Positions 39,917 to 49,418 of a DNA stretch of 64,000 bases are shown piece after piece. The notes below the pieces were generated by a model that was given only the letters and a program-made list of their open reading frames with translations, did no database searches and was not told where the DNA came from. Numbering within the stretch: position 1 is the first letter of the stretch; each line of letters begins with the position of its first letter. Position numbers and translations under genes: made by a program. Source of the DNA: Aulosira sp. ZfuVER01 (GTDB taxonomy: Bacteria > Cyanobacteriota > Cyanobacteriia > Cyanobacteriales > Nostocaceae); assembly GCA_034530615.2 (NCBI GenBank), contig JAVRCV020000041.1:32001-96000 (forward strand), in the 5' to 3' direction.

Positions 39917-40612
39917 CTATTTAGCAAGACCATGTTCTAAGGCAAAACGAACCAACTCTGTACGGCTATTCGTACCAGTTTTGCTAAACAAACGGCTAAC
40001 GTACTTTTCGACATTACGGACACTGGTCTCTAAGCGACGGGCGATTTCTTTATTCATCAACCCTTCAGCTACCAAATTTAGGACACTTTGTTCTCTGGGG
40101 GTTAAGTCAATTTTAAAAGGTGCTGGTGATTGAGAAATGGCGCTTCTTTGAGTTAATAACGCCTTAATTTGGGCAATCTGATTAGCTAGTTCAGCTATAT
40201 CGGGTGTTTCCGTATCTTCACCTGTAGCTTGAGGTTTAGCCATACGCCGAGCAAGTAAGTTTTCGACTATGGCAATTAGCTCATCTGGATCGAAGGGTTT
40301 TGGTAAGTAAGCATCAACACCAGCTTGATAACCTTGGATGCGATCGCCTGTCATCCCCTTGGCAGTTAAAAATACTACAGGAAGTGCCTGGAAACGAGGA
40401 TCTTCTCGTAGTTGTTTCAGGAACTGATAGCCATCCACTTGAGGCATCATGATGTCAGAAATTACTAAGTCAGGTGTATTTTGCTGCATCAAATCCCAGC
40501 CTTCACGGGCGTTACTGGCGACTTGAACGCTGAAACCGCTTTCTTGCAAATAGTCTTTTACGGCTTCCCGCAATCCTGGTTCATCATCTACCAATAACAG
40601 TTGTGCTGACAT
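39917..40612 (-). CDS. ycf29: NarL/LuxR-family response regulator (Ycf29/Rre1-like)
   Basis: LLLVDDEPG...SDIMMP receiver; LTPREQSVL...GLMNKEIARRL HTH. Start moved to ATG 40612. Confidence 0.8.
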   Translation of the reverse strand: MSAQLLLVDDEPGLREAVKDYLQESGFSVQVASNAREGWDLMQQNTPDLVISDIMMPQVDGYQFLKQLREDPRFQALPVVFLTAKGMTGDRIQGYQAGVDAYLPKPFDPDELIAIVENLLARRMAKPQATGEDTETPDIAELANQIAQIKALLTQRSAISQSPAPFKIDLTPREQSVLNLVAEGLMNKEIARRLETSVRNVEKYVSRLFSKTGTNSRTELVRFALEHGLAK

Positions 40613-40689
40613 TGAAAATTTCCTTGAGTCTACCTTTTTCCAATTTAGCGAAAGTTGGCAGGCATTGGGCAAAAGGAGAGTAAATAAAA

Positions 40690-40830
40690 GGACAACGGAG
40701 ACAAGGGGGACAAGGAAGGGTGGGGAGTGTGGGGAGTGTGGGAAGAAAGGCGACAAGGAGGAAATAAGTAATAACCATGCCCAATGACAAATGATTCTTG
40801 ACTCTTGCCTATTAACTCTGGACTTTTGAC
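40690..40830. repeat. Mixed 9-mer and heptamer short tandem repeats
   Basis: GGAGACAAG GGGGACAAG, GTGGGGAGT x2-3, then AATGACA/TGACTCT units. Confidence 0.65.
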
Positions 40831-40843
40831 TAATAAAAAATTT

Positions 40844-41812
40844 TTATAACCAATCAATGACCTGGGCGTTTTCTGGTAGCTTAGCTTCACTTTGACCAAG
40901 ATAACGTGCTTTGGCTGTCAACAAACCGATGGGAGTACTTAAAAAGTCTACAAAGGTAGCTTTACCTGCGATCGCTTTAAAAATATTTTTTGGTATTTCT
41001 TTGACTAACCAACGTACTAGGCGATAGAAATAGTCCTTGGGTGTCAGCCCTGGCATTAACTCTATACCGTACAGTTCGTGCAGGTAGCGATTTGAACGCC
41101 CATAGCGCCGCCATTGACTTTGAAGTTCTTTAAATGTGGTACGGTGGCGATGTTGGACTACCGCATTGGGAGCAAATTCTAATATTCCGATATTTGCCAT
41201 GAGAATTCGCCAACAAATGTCTGCATCGCCCCCAGTGGTGAGATAGGGGCGAAACAAACCAACTTTGTCTAAGGCGAGACGGCGAATGGCTAAATTAGCA
41301 GTTTGACCGTAAGCACAGAAAGGATGGGAAAGAGTATGCTTTTGCGATAGAGTGTCTTGTCGGTCTGCGTGTTGTTCTAAAATAGTTTTACCTGGTAGCG
41401 CTGTAATTTCACCTACAACAATTACTACGTCCAGGTTGATAAAAGGTTGAATTAATGATTCTAGCCACTGTGGTTGCGGACGGCAATCAGCATCAGTAAA
41501 TGCGATGATTTCGCCTGTGGCAGAGCGAATGCCCTTATTCCGGGCTGCATAGGAGCTTTGAATTTGATTTTCACTCACAGGCTGAATCGTGAGGGGGGAA
41601 AGTTCAGCAGCTGTTTTGAGGAAAGTCAGAGTGCGATCGCTACTGTTATTATCTACGAGCAAATACTCTACCCGGTCTTGAGGGTAAGTTTGAGACAACA
41701 AACAGGAAATTAAATCTGGTAAATCCGCCTCACCATTATAAATAGGCACAACCACTGACACCTTAGGCAAAAAGCTTTGGGCAGTGGTTGCATCAACTAG
41801 TGGATCGTTCAT
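40844..41812 (-). CDS. Family 2 glycosyltransferase
   Basis: VSVVVPIYN, VDNNSSD, ARNKG, FTDAD, GDADIC, QWRRY. Start moved to ATG 41812. Confidence 0.9.
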   Translation of the reverse strand: MNDPLVDATTAQSFLPKVSVVVPIYNGEADLPDLISCLLSQTYPQDRVEYLLVDNNSSDRTLTFLKTAAELSPLTIQPVSENQIQSSYAARNKGIRSATGEIIAFTDADCRPQPQWLESLIQPFINLDVVIVVGEITALPGKTILEQHADRQDTLSQKHTLSHPFCAYGQTANLAIRRLALDKVGLFRPYLTTGGDADICWRILMANIGILEFAPNAVVQHRHRTTFKELQSQWRRYGRSNRYLHELYGIELMPGLTPKDYFYRLVRWLVKEIPKNIFKAIAGKATFVDFLSTPIGLLTAKARYLGQSEAKLPENAQVIDWL

Positions 41813-41893
41813 AAATTCCAATTTTGGAGATGGGATTACTAAACTAGTATTCCCAATCCAAAATCTCAAAATCAGCTAAAATAGCCAGTTTGC

Positions 41894-43231
41894 CTAAAAT
41901 TTCAAGTCTCTGGCACGAACGCTCATAGCTCCAGCAGATTGATTTACTGGGTTTTGAGCAAAGTTAGTATTAGATAGAGCTGCAATTGCTCGCGCATATT
42001 GCGGATCGTTTGGCGTACCTACTAAATCTGGATTAGATGCTAGCTGACGCTCTTGCGCTTCTGTTAATTCTTGCTTGATATCTGGTGTAATTCCTTTATG
42101 GTTAATATCAGTTCCTTTAGGAGTGTAATAGTGAGCAATGGTAACAGCCAAACCGGAACCATCTGTGAGTTCATGAACTGACTGCACTAAGGCTTTACCA
42201 AAAGTTTGACTACCAACAACTACTGCCCGCTTATTATCTTTGAGCGCTCCTGTTAATATCTCGCTAGCACTAGCTGAATTACCATCTACCAACACTGCTA
42301 GGGGGAGATTAGTCAGGGCAGTGCGGTTAGCTTTAGTATCCTCAGTTCCTCCCTGACGATCTACCGTGCGGACAATGCCACCGTTATCCAGCCACATCCG
42401 GGCAATTTCAATGCTTGCTTGCAATAAACCGCCAGGATTGCCCCGCAAATCCAACACATAAGCGTTAACGTGCTGATTGTTCAAATCGCGGATAGCTCGC
42501 CGCATTTGCTCGGCAGCATGGGAACTAAACTCTCGTAACCGTATATAACCAACACGTCGATTACCTTCTTGCTTGAGGGTATAACGCACTGTTGGCACTT
42601 CAATAGTAGCCCGGGTCAGCTTCAAATCGAAAATACTCTGCCCTGTACGTCCCAAGCGTAAAGTTATAGCAGTACCAGCTTTGCCGCGAATCAACTTGGA
42701 GGCATCGTCCACTTTCATTTGTTTAGTGGGTTTGCCGTCAATTGCCAAAATTTCATCGCCTGCTTTAATGCCTGCTTTAAGTGCTGGGGAATTTTCTATA
42801 GCTTCCACAACAGTCAGCCGCTTAGTTTTGTCGTTTAATTCCATGCGAATGCCAATCCCAGAGACTTCTCCTGAGGTTTGGCTAGTTAGAGCTTCATATT
42901 GCTTGGGGTCCATAAACCGAGTGTATGGATCGCCCAAAGTTTGTAAAGCTTCGCGAATTGCGACATAAGCTTCTTCTTGAGAAGCATAGTTTTTACTTAA
43001 AAGGCTCTGTCTAGTAGCTTGCCAATCTTGTTGATTAAATTTACCATCAACGTATTCACGATTCACCAATTGCCATACTTGGTCTACTAATGCTTTCGGA
43101 CTATCTTGTAGGGCAGCACGAACGCAGCGAGTCCAAGCGGGACCAAATACGGATACGGTGGCTGTCGTGGCGATCGCTCCACCAATCAAGGCTACTTGGA
43201 GCGGTGAGTAACGTTTCGCAGATTGGTTCAT
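41894..43231 (-). CDS. ctpB: S41 carboxyl-terminal processing protease with PDZ domain
   Basis: DPYTRF, GIGI PDZ, DLRGNPGG, SASASE (catalytic Ser), TFGKA (Lys). Paralog assignment is tentative. Confidence 0.75.
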   Translation of the reverse strand: MNQSAKRYSPLQVALIGGAIATTATVSVFGPAWTRCVRAALQDSPKALVDQVWQLVNREYVDGKFNQQDWQATRQSLLSKNYASQEEAYVAIREALQTLGDPYTRFMDPKQYEALTSQTSGEVSGIGIRMELNDKTKRLTVVEAIENSPALKAGIKAGDEILAIDGKPTKQMKVDDASKLIRGKAGTAITLRLGRTGQSIFDLKLTRATIEVPTVRYTLKQEGNRRVGYIRLREFSSHAAEQMRRAIRDLNNQHVNAYVLDLRGNPGGLLQASIEIARMWLDNGGIVRTVDRQGGTEDTKANRTALTNLPLAVLVDGNSASASEILTGALKDNKRAVVVGSQTFGKALVQSVHELTDGSGLAVTIAHYYTPKGTDINHKGITPDIKQELTEAQERQLASNPDLVGTPNDPQYARAIAALSNTNFAQNPVNQSAGAMSVRARDLKF

Positions 43232-43724
43232 GTATATCAGCTGGAATAATTGTGTTGTTGACAGTTTAGCAATCAGGATTTCCAAGAATTTTTAAGTTTT
43301 CATACTCAAGATAGGCTCTACTTCTCGATCGTTTCACGCAGAAATGATCCTAAAAATACAGCTTTACTTTTAACAATCATTTCTCTGTTTGCTAGCTTTC
43401 TCCGGAACTATCGTCTAGGAGATTATGACACTTTTATATGTGCCAACTTTACCTCCTGGATTACTTTTATAAGATAGCACTTTGCTAACTTAGTTGCTGG
43501 TATTTTAAACACCGACCAACCAAGCTTTTCGTAACTGTGTAATGAAACGTAATGGTTACATTTAATCAACAAATCCCCATAGAATAAAACTCGGGAAAAT
43601 GTGACGCTTAATACAAAAAATCGCCTGTGGGATGTGCGTCTTCCTTGGTATCTGACCGATCTGTATCACTATAACCTGAGTTTTAGTCTCTTCCCAGGCA
43701 GTAGACGCCTTTTTTGTGCTGGGA

Positions 43725-44465
43725 TTAATGACGATAAGCAACTTGGAGACTGCGGGCTAAAATTACCAAAGATGCGATCGCCATCAACGCACCCCAGAAC
43801 CAATAAGGTAAAAACAGATACCTCTCCATTTGCGCCGTATCCGAAATTCCTAATGGGCCAGCACTATAGCTAAATAAATAATTCAATTGATGGTATGTAC
43901 TTATACAAGCTTGTACGCCGAGAAATTGAATGCTAAACCCTTGCACCCAACGCGGCGCTTTCAAGCTAATACCCAAAATAATTAAACCCAGCAGGGGAAT
44001 TGCGACAATTCCAAATAAGGAACGTACCCAAACTAAGGTGGAAAGCAGTAAAAAGCCCCCTAATATTTTCAAACTCAGGGAAGCTGCTTTAAAACTGCGG
44101 GAAGCCAAAATCAACGCTGCACCTGCAATTGGTGGACCCATTGGCCCTGCGGCTGCAACCAACGCCGGGCCAATTGGCCCTAATGACGAAGCGATGCGAT
44201 AAGTTGCGACACCAGAACCATTGCCAAAAATCTGTAATTTCTGAAATTGTCCCCCCAAAATTAGCGCCATCAAGCCATGACCCATTTCGTGAAACCAGGT
44301 AGCTAGGATAGTAAAAGGGTATAAAATATAATCACCTCCTGGGACTTGCCACAACACTATAGTCGCGATCGCTGCGGCAATCAACCAAGTTAGCCCCATT
44401 CGTTCTACTTCAGGCGGTGCTTCTTGGGGAAGCAAGTTTTCAAAATCTTTTCCTGGTTCCCTCAT
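43725..44465 (-). CDS. M50B-like membrane metallopeptidase
   Basis: HEMGH in a TM segment, AGP motif, late SD; multi-TM. Confidence 0.8.
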   Translation of the reverse strand: MREPGKDFENLLPQEAPPEVERMGLTWLIAAAIATIVLWQVPGGDYILYPFTILATWFHEMGHGLMALILGGQFQKLQIFGNGSGVATYRIASSLGPIGPALVAAAGPMGPPIAGAALILASRSFKAASLSLKILGGFLLLSTLVWVRSLFGIVAIPLLGLIILGISLKAPRWVQGFSIQFLGVQACISTYHQLNYLFSYSAGPLGISDTAQMERYLFLPYWFWGALMAIASLVILARSLQVAYRH

Positions 44466-44561
44466 TGGTGACGTTCCTTAAGGTAATTACCTCAATGGCT
44501 TGAGTGTATTTTCTTCCATCCTAATCTACTTACTCAGTTTCCATCTGAGATAAAAACTCTC

Positions 44562-44587
44562 GTAGTCAGGACTTTATTCCTGACTAC
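44562..44587. repeat. Palindromic dispersed repeat, possible terminator of fraH
   Basis: GTAGTCAGGA-ctttat-TCCTGACTAC perfect stem; same family as 15612-15670. Confidence 0.7.
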
Positions 44588-44596
44588 AAAATTAGT

Positions 44597-45499
44597 CTAC
44601 GCGATTTGGAAGAGGAATGTTACCATGTCTCCCTTACCCAAACTGATGCGATCGCCTGGTCTGAGGCGGTGTCTGTTCCCAGGTAATAGTGGCAAGTTAT
44701 TGATGTAGGTGCCATTAGAGCTACCAACATCTTCTATATAATGAGCATCTCCCTCAACGCGAATATCTGCATGAATCCGCGAGACAATTTCCGAATTGGG
44801 AAATCCTGAAACATCCACATCTGGGGGAATGCGGTCATTAGGTTTGCCGATATGAATTACAGACAGCGTTTGGGGTAATTCTATATCCGTATCGCTTTGG
44901 ACGTGGAATAGTCGTGCTGTTACCTGTTGTAATTGGGTTCTGGCAGGACTGACAGCAGGTGGTGGAGTTGCAGCTACTGGTTCCGGTTCGGGTGGTGCAA
45001 CTGGTTCTGGCTCCGATACTGCTGCAACTGGTTCCGGTTCTGGTACTGCTGCGACTGGTTCCGGTTCCGGGGATGGAGTAGGAACGCCTTGCCCAGAAAC
45101 AACAGGTTGTGCAGGGCTGATTTCTACTACTTGTGGCGGTGCTATTGGTGTTGTTAGTTCTGGAGGAACGGAAACCGCTGTTGGTGGTAAAGGTGAAGCA
45201 GCAACGGGATTGGGAACTGCCAAGGGGTCTGGTTGTATCAATTCTACCAGTGGGTCAGGAGTAACCAAAGGTGGTACTTCTAAAGGAACGTCAGGTGCGA
45301 CGGTTGCTGCTACTGCTGTTGGAGGTGCTGCGGCACTGGCGCGCAAGTTATAGCCACACTGACCACAGAAAGCGGCATCTGCCTGCACAGTTGCCCCACA
45401 GCTGGGACAGTTGTTAGTCGCTGGTAACGGCGTATAACATGCTTCACACTGGACAGCGCCGTCTGGGTTGGGGTGATTGCAATTAGGGCAGACGATCAT
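44597..45499 (-). CDS. fraH: Double zinc ribbon - Pro-rich linker - FHA protein
   Basis: CPNC/CEAC/CPSC/CGQC, PEPEPVAA repeats, FHA VSRIHA...GSSNGTYIN; downstream of pgl. Start moved to ATG 45499. Confidence 0.8.
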   Translation of the reverse strand: MIVCPNCNHPNPDGAVQCEACYTPLPATNNCPSCGATVQADAAFCGQCGYNLRASAAAPPTAVAATVAPDVPLEVPPLVTPDPLVELIQPDPLAVPNPVAASPLPPTAVSVPPELTTPIAPPQVVEISPAQPVVSGQGVPTPSPEPEPVAAVPEPEPVAAVSEPEPVAPPEPEPVAATPPPAVSPARTQLQQVTARLFHVQSDTDIELPQTLSVIHIGKPNDRIPPDVDVSGFPNSEIVSRIHADIRVEGDAHYIEDVGSSNGTYINNLPLLPGNRHRLRPGDRISLGKGDMVTFLFQIA

Positions 45500-45559
45500 G
45501 GATTTAAGCCTTTGTTCAAGCTCATCATAAAATGGGACTGGCAAGCAGAGAGAACTCCG

Positions 45560-45711
45560 AGCGGCGGCTCCAGCCGTAGACGCGTAGCGGTGAAGCAGCG
45601 CGATCTTGGGGGTTTCCCCCATGAGCGACTGCTGTTAGCGTAGCGGTAGCGACGTTCGCGAAGCGTCTCCCCTTGGGAGAAGGAGCGTCACCCGAAGGGC
45701 TTGCCGCAGGC
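45560..45711. mobile_element. Multi-level nested small dispersed repeats in a CCG^ATCGG site
   Basis: GC-rich hairpin mosaic. Removing it restores GAACTCCG-ATCGGAAGTTC. Shares modules with 48577-48757. Confidence 0.8.
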
Positions 45712-45784
45712 ATCGGAAGTTCGGCACAGATGCAACTCTAGCTTTCGATTTTAGCAATTACTCCTGATGAGTTAATACGCATCT

Positions 45785-45855
45785 CAATGTCATTTGTCAT
45801 TTGTCCAAAGTCCAATTTGTAAATACAAAGAACTAATGACCAATGACAAATGACG
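45785..45855. repeat. STRR heptamers in inverted arrangement
   Basis: GTCATTT GTCATTT ... AATGACC AATGACA AATGAC. Confidence 0.65.
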
Positions 45856-45894
45856 ACCTTGATGAGTCAATATCCAAATTTAGGGAACTTAAGT

Positions 45895-46611
45895 TTAGAG
45901 TTCCGAACCCGCCGCCGCATCTAGCAGCCACCAAAGTTCCCCTTGGGGTTGAATTAAGCGCGATGGGTAAGTGGATTCATCGGCTACGGGTGCAAATACT
46001 TGAGCTAAAGCTGGGCGTTTATTCGCACCTGCAACTAGAAAAATGACGCTGCGAGCCGAGTTGATGAATGGGTAAGTGAAGGTGATGCGGATGCTGCTAT
46101 CTTTATTACCCACTGTAATTAAGCGATCGCTTACTTTTAACGCTTCTGTGTGAGGAAATAAAGATGCAGTGTGTGCATCATCACCCATTCCTAGTAAAAC
46201 TACATCTAAAGCCGGGAATTCTCCAGATGCAGAATTAAAAAAGTTTTGCAGATGCCGTTCGTACTTAACTGCTGCAACTGCCGGATCGGCTTCCAAAGTC
46301 GGGATAGCGTGAATGTTTCCCTCTGGAATCTCAACGCGATCTAGCCACGCACGACGCACCATCAGTTCATTGCTATCAGGATGATCTGGTGGAACATAAC
46401 GCTCATCCCCCCAGAATACATGAATTTTATCCCAAGGCAGTTTTTGATTAGCGATCGCCTCGTACAACGGCTTAGGTGTACTGCCACCAGCTAAGGCGAT
46501 GGTAAACCGCCCTCGCTCTTTAATAGCAGTATCTATCTTGGGCAGGATCAAGTCTAGCGCCCGCTTAACTAGAGCTGACTGATCCGGTAGAACTTCGACC
46601 GTTTTGTTCAT
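45895..46611 (-). CDS. pgl: 6-phosphogluconolactonase
   Basis: ALAGGSTP, FWGDERYVP...SN, LLGMGDDAHTASLFP. Confidence 0.93.
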   Translation of the reverse strand: MNKTVEVLPDQSALVKRALDLILPKIDTAIKERGRFTIALAGGSTPKPLYEAIANQKLPWDKIHVFWGDERYVPPDHPDSNELMVRRAWLDRVEIPEGNIHAIPTLEADPAVAAVKYERHLQNFFNSASGEFPALDVVLLGMGDDAHTASLFPHTEALKVSDRLITVGNKDSSIRITFTYPFINSARSVIFLVAGANKRPALAQVFAPVADESTYPSRLIQPQGELWWLLDAAAGSEL

Positions 46612-46701
46612 GGCTTTATCATCACTGTGCCTGCTTCCAGCAATACAATACCGAACTTATTACAGTCCCCCTTTTTAACTTTTGAAACTTTTAACAACAG
46701 T

Positions 46702-46802
46702 GGGTATTGAGCATGGGGCATGGGGCATTGGGCACGGGACAAAAGTCATTGCTTACTTCTCCCTTGTCTTCCTTGTCCTCCTCATCCCCCTTGTCCCTTT
46801 CC
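46702..46802. repeat. STRR heptamers (GGGCATK) plus CCTTGTCYY 9-mers
   Basis: gggtatt gagcatg gggcatg gggcatt gggcacg; ccttgtctt ccttgtcct cctcatccc ccttgtccc. Confidence 0.75.
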
Positions 46803-47546
46803 TCAATTCCCTACAAAAATCTCATCCCAGTCGGTAATCGCTTCTCGTTGGGCGATTAATAATTCCTGAATTCCTTTTTCTGCACAATCTAATAACTGAT
46901 TCAACTGGCTACGGCTAAAGCTACCTTCTTCGCCTGTTCCTTGAACTTCGATGATTCCCAGGTGTTGATTCATCACGACGTTGAAATCGACTGTGGCAGC
47001 TACGTCTTCGATATAGTTGAGATCTAAAAATGGCTCTTCTTGCAATAAACCTACGGAGACTGCTGCTATTTGTCCGCACAGGGGCGATCGCTCTAATTTC
47101 CCTTGGCGTAATAATTGAGAAATGGCATTAGCTAACGCCACAAAGGAGCCTGTAATTGCTGTTGTCCTAGTTCCAGCATCTGCTTGCAATACATCAGCGT
47201 CTACAGTCAGGGTGCGTTCTCCCAGCACCTCAAAATCTAATGCTGCTCGTAAGCTGCGTCCAATTAACCGTTGAATTTCTTGCGTCCGTCCTGATAATTT
47301 CATCAATTCCCTTTCGTGCCGTTGTTGCGTGGCACTGGGAAGCATTCGATATTCAGCAGTTAACCAACCCTTGCCGCTTCCTGCTAGAAACTTGGGCACT
47401 CCCTCAGTAACGCTGACAGTACAAAGTACCTGAGTATCGCCGCATTTTGTCAGCACAGAACCAGGAGCAAAGCGGGTAAAGCCACTGTCAAAGCTGATGG
47501 GACGGAGTTGGTAGGGGTACCTGCCGTCTGGACGCTGCCAAACCAT
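46803..47546 (-). CDS. rph: Ribonuclease PH
   Basis: [38 protein letters not shown]. Confidence 0.95.
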   Translation of the reverse strand: MVWQRPDGRYPYQLRPISFDSGFTRFAPGSVLTKCGDTQVLCTVSVTEGVPKFLAGSGKGWLTAEYRMLPSATQQRHERELMKLSGRTQEIQRLIGRSLRAALDFEVLGERTLTVDADVLQADAGTRTTAITGSFVALANAISQLLRQGKLERSPLCGQIAAVSVGLLQEEPFLDLNYIEDVAATVDFNVVMNQHLGIIEVQGTGEEGSFSRSQLNQLLDCAEKGIQELLIAQREAITDWDEIFVGN

Positions 47547-47679
47547 TGGAGTTGCCTCAGAATTTTTATATGGAATACTGCCTTAAGGTTACATTAGCGT
47601 CACAGTCTCTCTGGAAGCTCGATTGTATAGTCAGCACAAAACCAACGTGATGAAACTCCGTGTGAAATTGCAGATTTTC

Positions 47680-48288
47680 TTAAGAAACTAAAAGTAGATT
47701 GAGAATATGGTGATGAACTACCTGTGGTGATTGGTCGCCATTGATAGTCAAAAGTCGGCGGCGACGGTCGTAATATTCGAGTATGGGGATAGTGCGATCG
47801 TAGAATAACTCTATACGCCGCTGTACAATTTCGGGTTGCTCGTCGGGAAGCGAACGTCCCAAACAGCGATTAACCATAATAGCTTCTGGTACTTGTAAAT
47901 AAATTGCCCAGTCTAACTTTTGACCTAAATATTCTAATAAAAAATCTAATTCTTCTGCTTGGAAAGCAGTACGCGGATAGCCTTCCAATAGCCAACCCGA
48001 TTTTAAATCAAGCTGTGTCAGCTGCATCCGAATCAATTCAATCATCATTTCATCAGGGACTAGTTCCCCTTTTTCTACGTATGGCTGTGCATGGCGTCCC
48101 AAATCACAGATGTGATTGTTGAGATAAAAAGGCAGAGTATCTTTCTCGAAGAGGATCTGCTTGTCGCCAGACATGGCTTCTCGTAAAATTTCACCTGTAG
48201 AAATCTTAGGAATATCAAAGTGTCTACAAAGGTTTTGTGCTTGAGTGCTTTTTCCCGATCCTGAACCGCCCAGAATCACCAATCTCAC
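47680..48288 (-). CDS. adk: Adenylate kinase-family protein (short LID, divergent paralog)
   Basis: GGSGSGKSTQA P-loop, ISTGEILR, GELVPD, EGYPRT. Confidence 0.75.
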   Translation of the reverse strand: MRLVILGGSGSGKSTQAQNLCRHFDIPKISTGEILREAMSGDKQILFEKDTLPFYLNNHICDLGRHAQPYVEKGELVPDEMMIELIRMQLTQLDLKSGWLLEGYPRTAFQAEELDFLLEYLGQKLDWAIYLQVPEAIMVNRCLGRSLPDEQPEIVQRRIELFYDRTIPILEYYDRRRRLLTINGDQSPQVVHHHILNLLLVS

Positions 48289-48576
48289 AACAATTCACTC
48301 CTCATCCTGTCAAATTTACTACTTACCTACTATGTTGTGCCCAAACCAATGGGAAATCTAACATCTACTGATTTTCAGCCCTTGCACCCAACGTTTTGAT
48401 GAATTTTAACTGCTAGTTATGTGTTTTTATTGTGACAACTACTTGCATTTGCTAGCGATCGATGCCAATATCATTAACTCTTGACTTCCGAGCAAACCTA
48501 GTGCTTGACTAAGAATGCAACTTGCTAAATACAATACATTTGTAAAAGTTAAATTGATTATAGAGATAGATTTGCG

Positions 48577-48757
48577 TAGACGCGCAGTGGTGTTAGCGCA
48601 GCGGTAGCGACGTAGGAGCGTCAGCAGTGCGTTGGGGAGCCACTGTGTTGGACGGGTTTCCCGGCTTGTTCGCTGAAAGCGTTCCCGCAGGGTAGCAAGT
48701 GGCGTCGGGTTCCCCGACTTGAAGCAACTGCTGAACCCGAAGGGCTTGTCGTGCGAC
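48577..48757. mobile_element. Four-level nested small dispersed repeats inserted in HIP1
   Basis: Flanks GCG (48574-76) and ATCGC (48758-62) reconstitute GCGATCGC. Internal modules are shared with the 45560 and 39759 loci. Confidence 0.85.
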
Positions 48758-48813
48758 ATCGCTATTATCAGCAAAATCATTTCGATAGTTTGTAATATTT
48801 TAAACTTTGTTTT

Positions 48814-49350
48814 ATGGTAGCCCAGCTAGATACCCCAAGTGTAAATTCGAGCCTCAATTTACCATCCCCTGTTGAAGGACTAGTACAAGTTTTCACTAGT
48901 ACACACCGTAACTTTTTTACTAACGTTATGGCCCAAGCACTGAGAATTGCCGGTCAAGGCACACCAGTGTTAGTAGTACAGTTTCTCAAAGGTGGCATTC
49001 GTCAAGGACATGAACGACCCATTCAAATGGGGCAAAATTTAGATTGGATTCGTTGCGATTTACCTCGCTGTATCGATACACCACAGCTAGACGATACGGA
49101 AAATGAAGCTTTACAAGAACTGTGGCAACATACACAAAAGGTAGTATTCGAGGGTAAGTATTCTCTGGTTGTCTTAGATGAGTTAAGTTTAGCGATCAAC
49201 TTTGGTTTGATTCCAGAATCTGAAGTTTTAGCATTTTTAACAAAACGCCCTCCCCATATCGATATCATCCTGACTGGGCCAGAAACGCCCAAATCTCTGT
49301 TGGATGTGGCAGATCAAATTACCGAGATCCGTCGCAGTCATAGTCCATAG
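48814..49350 (+). CDS. BtuR/CobO-like protein lacking the P-loop
   Basis: VVQFLKGG, LVVLDEL, ILTG...ADQITE match the adenosyltransferase fold; GxGKGKT is absent. Confidence 0.75.
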   Translation: MVAQLDTPSVNSSLNLPSPVEGLVQVFTSTHRNFFTNVMAQALRIAGQGTPVLVVQFLKGGIRQGHERPIQMGQNLDWIRCDLPRCIDTPQLDDTENEALQELWQHTQKVVFEGKYSLVVLDELSLAINFGLIPESEVLAFLTKRPPHIDIILTGPETPKSLLDVADQITEIRRSHSP

Positions 49351-49418
49351 CTCCTATAGTATTAATCTATAAGCAATGAAACCTCTCCACCAAAAACCGA
49401 AAAAGGTAAAGGTGCTGC

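Noticed and set aside
39753..40133. 126-aa plus-strand ORF
   Set aside because: Made of the nested repeat plus antisense of ycf29.
40613..40756. N-terminal extension of the response regulator (MSPFFPHSPHSP...)
   Set aside because: Translation of short tandem repeats; the receiver domain begins at ATG 40612.
43401..43406. TCCGGA (DIF1-like heterocyst promoter motif)
   Set aside because: No convincing downstream -10 element at the expected distance on either strand; a 6-mer occurs by chance.
45500..45713. N-terminal extension of FraH and the 62-aa ORF 45525..45713
   Set aside because: Stop-poor GC-rich nested repeat; FraH starts at MIVCPNC.
48439..48780. 113-aa minus-strand ORF
   Set aside because: Largely the HIP1-inserted repeat nest.
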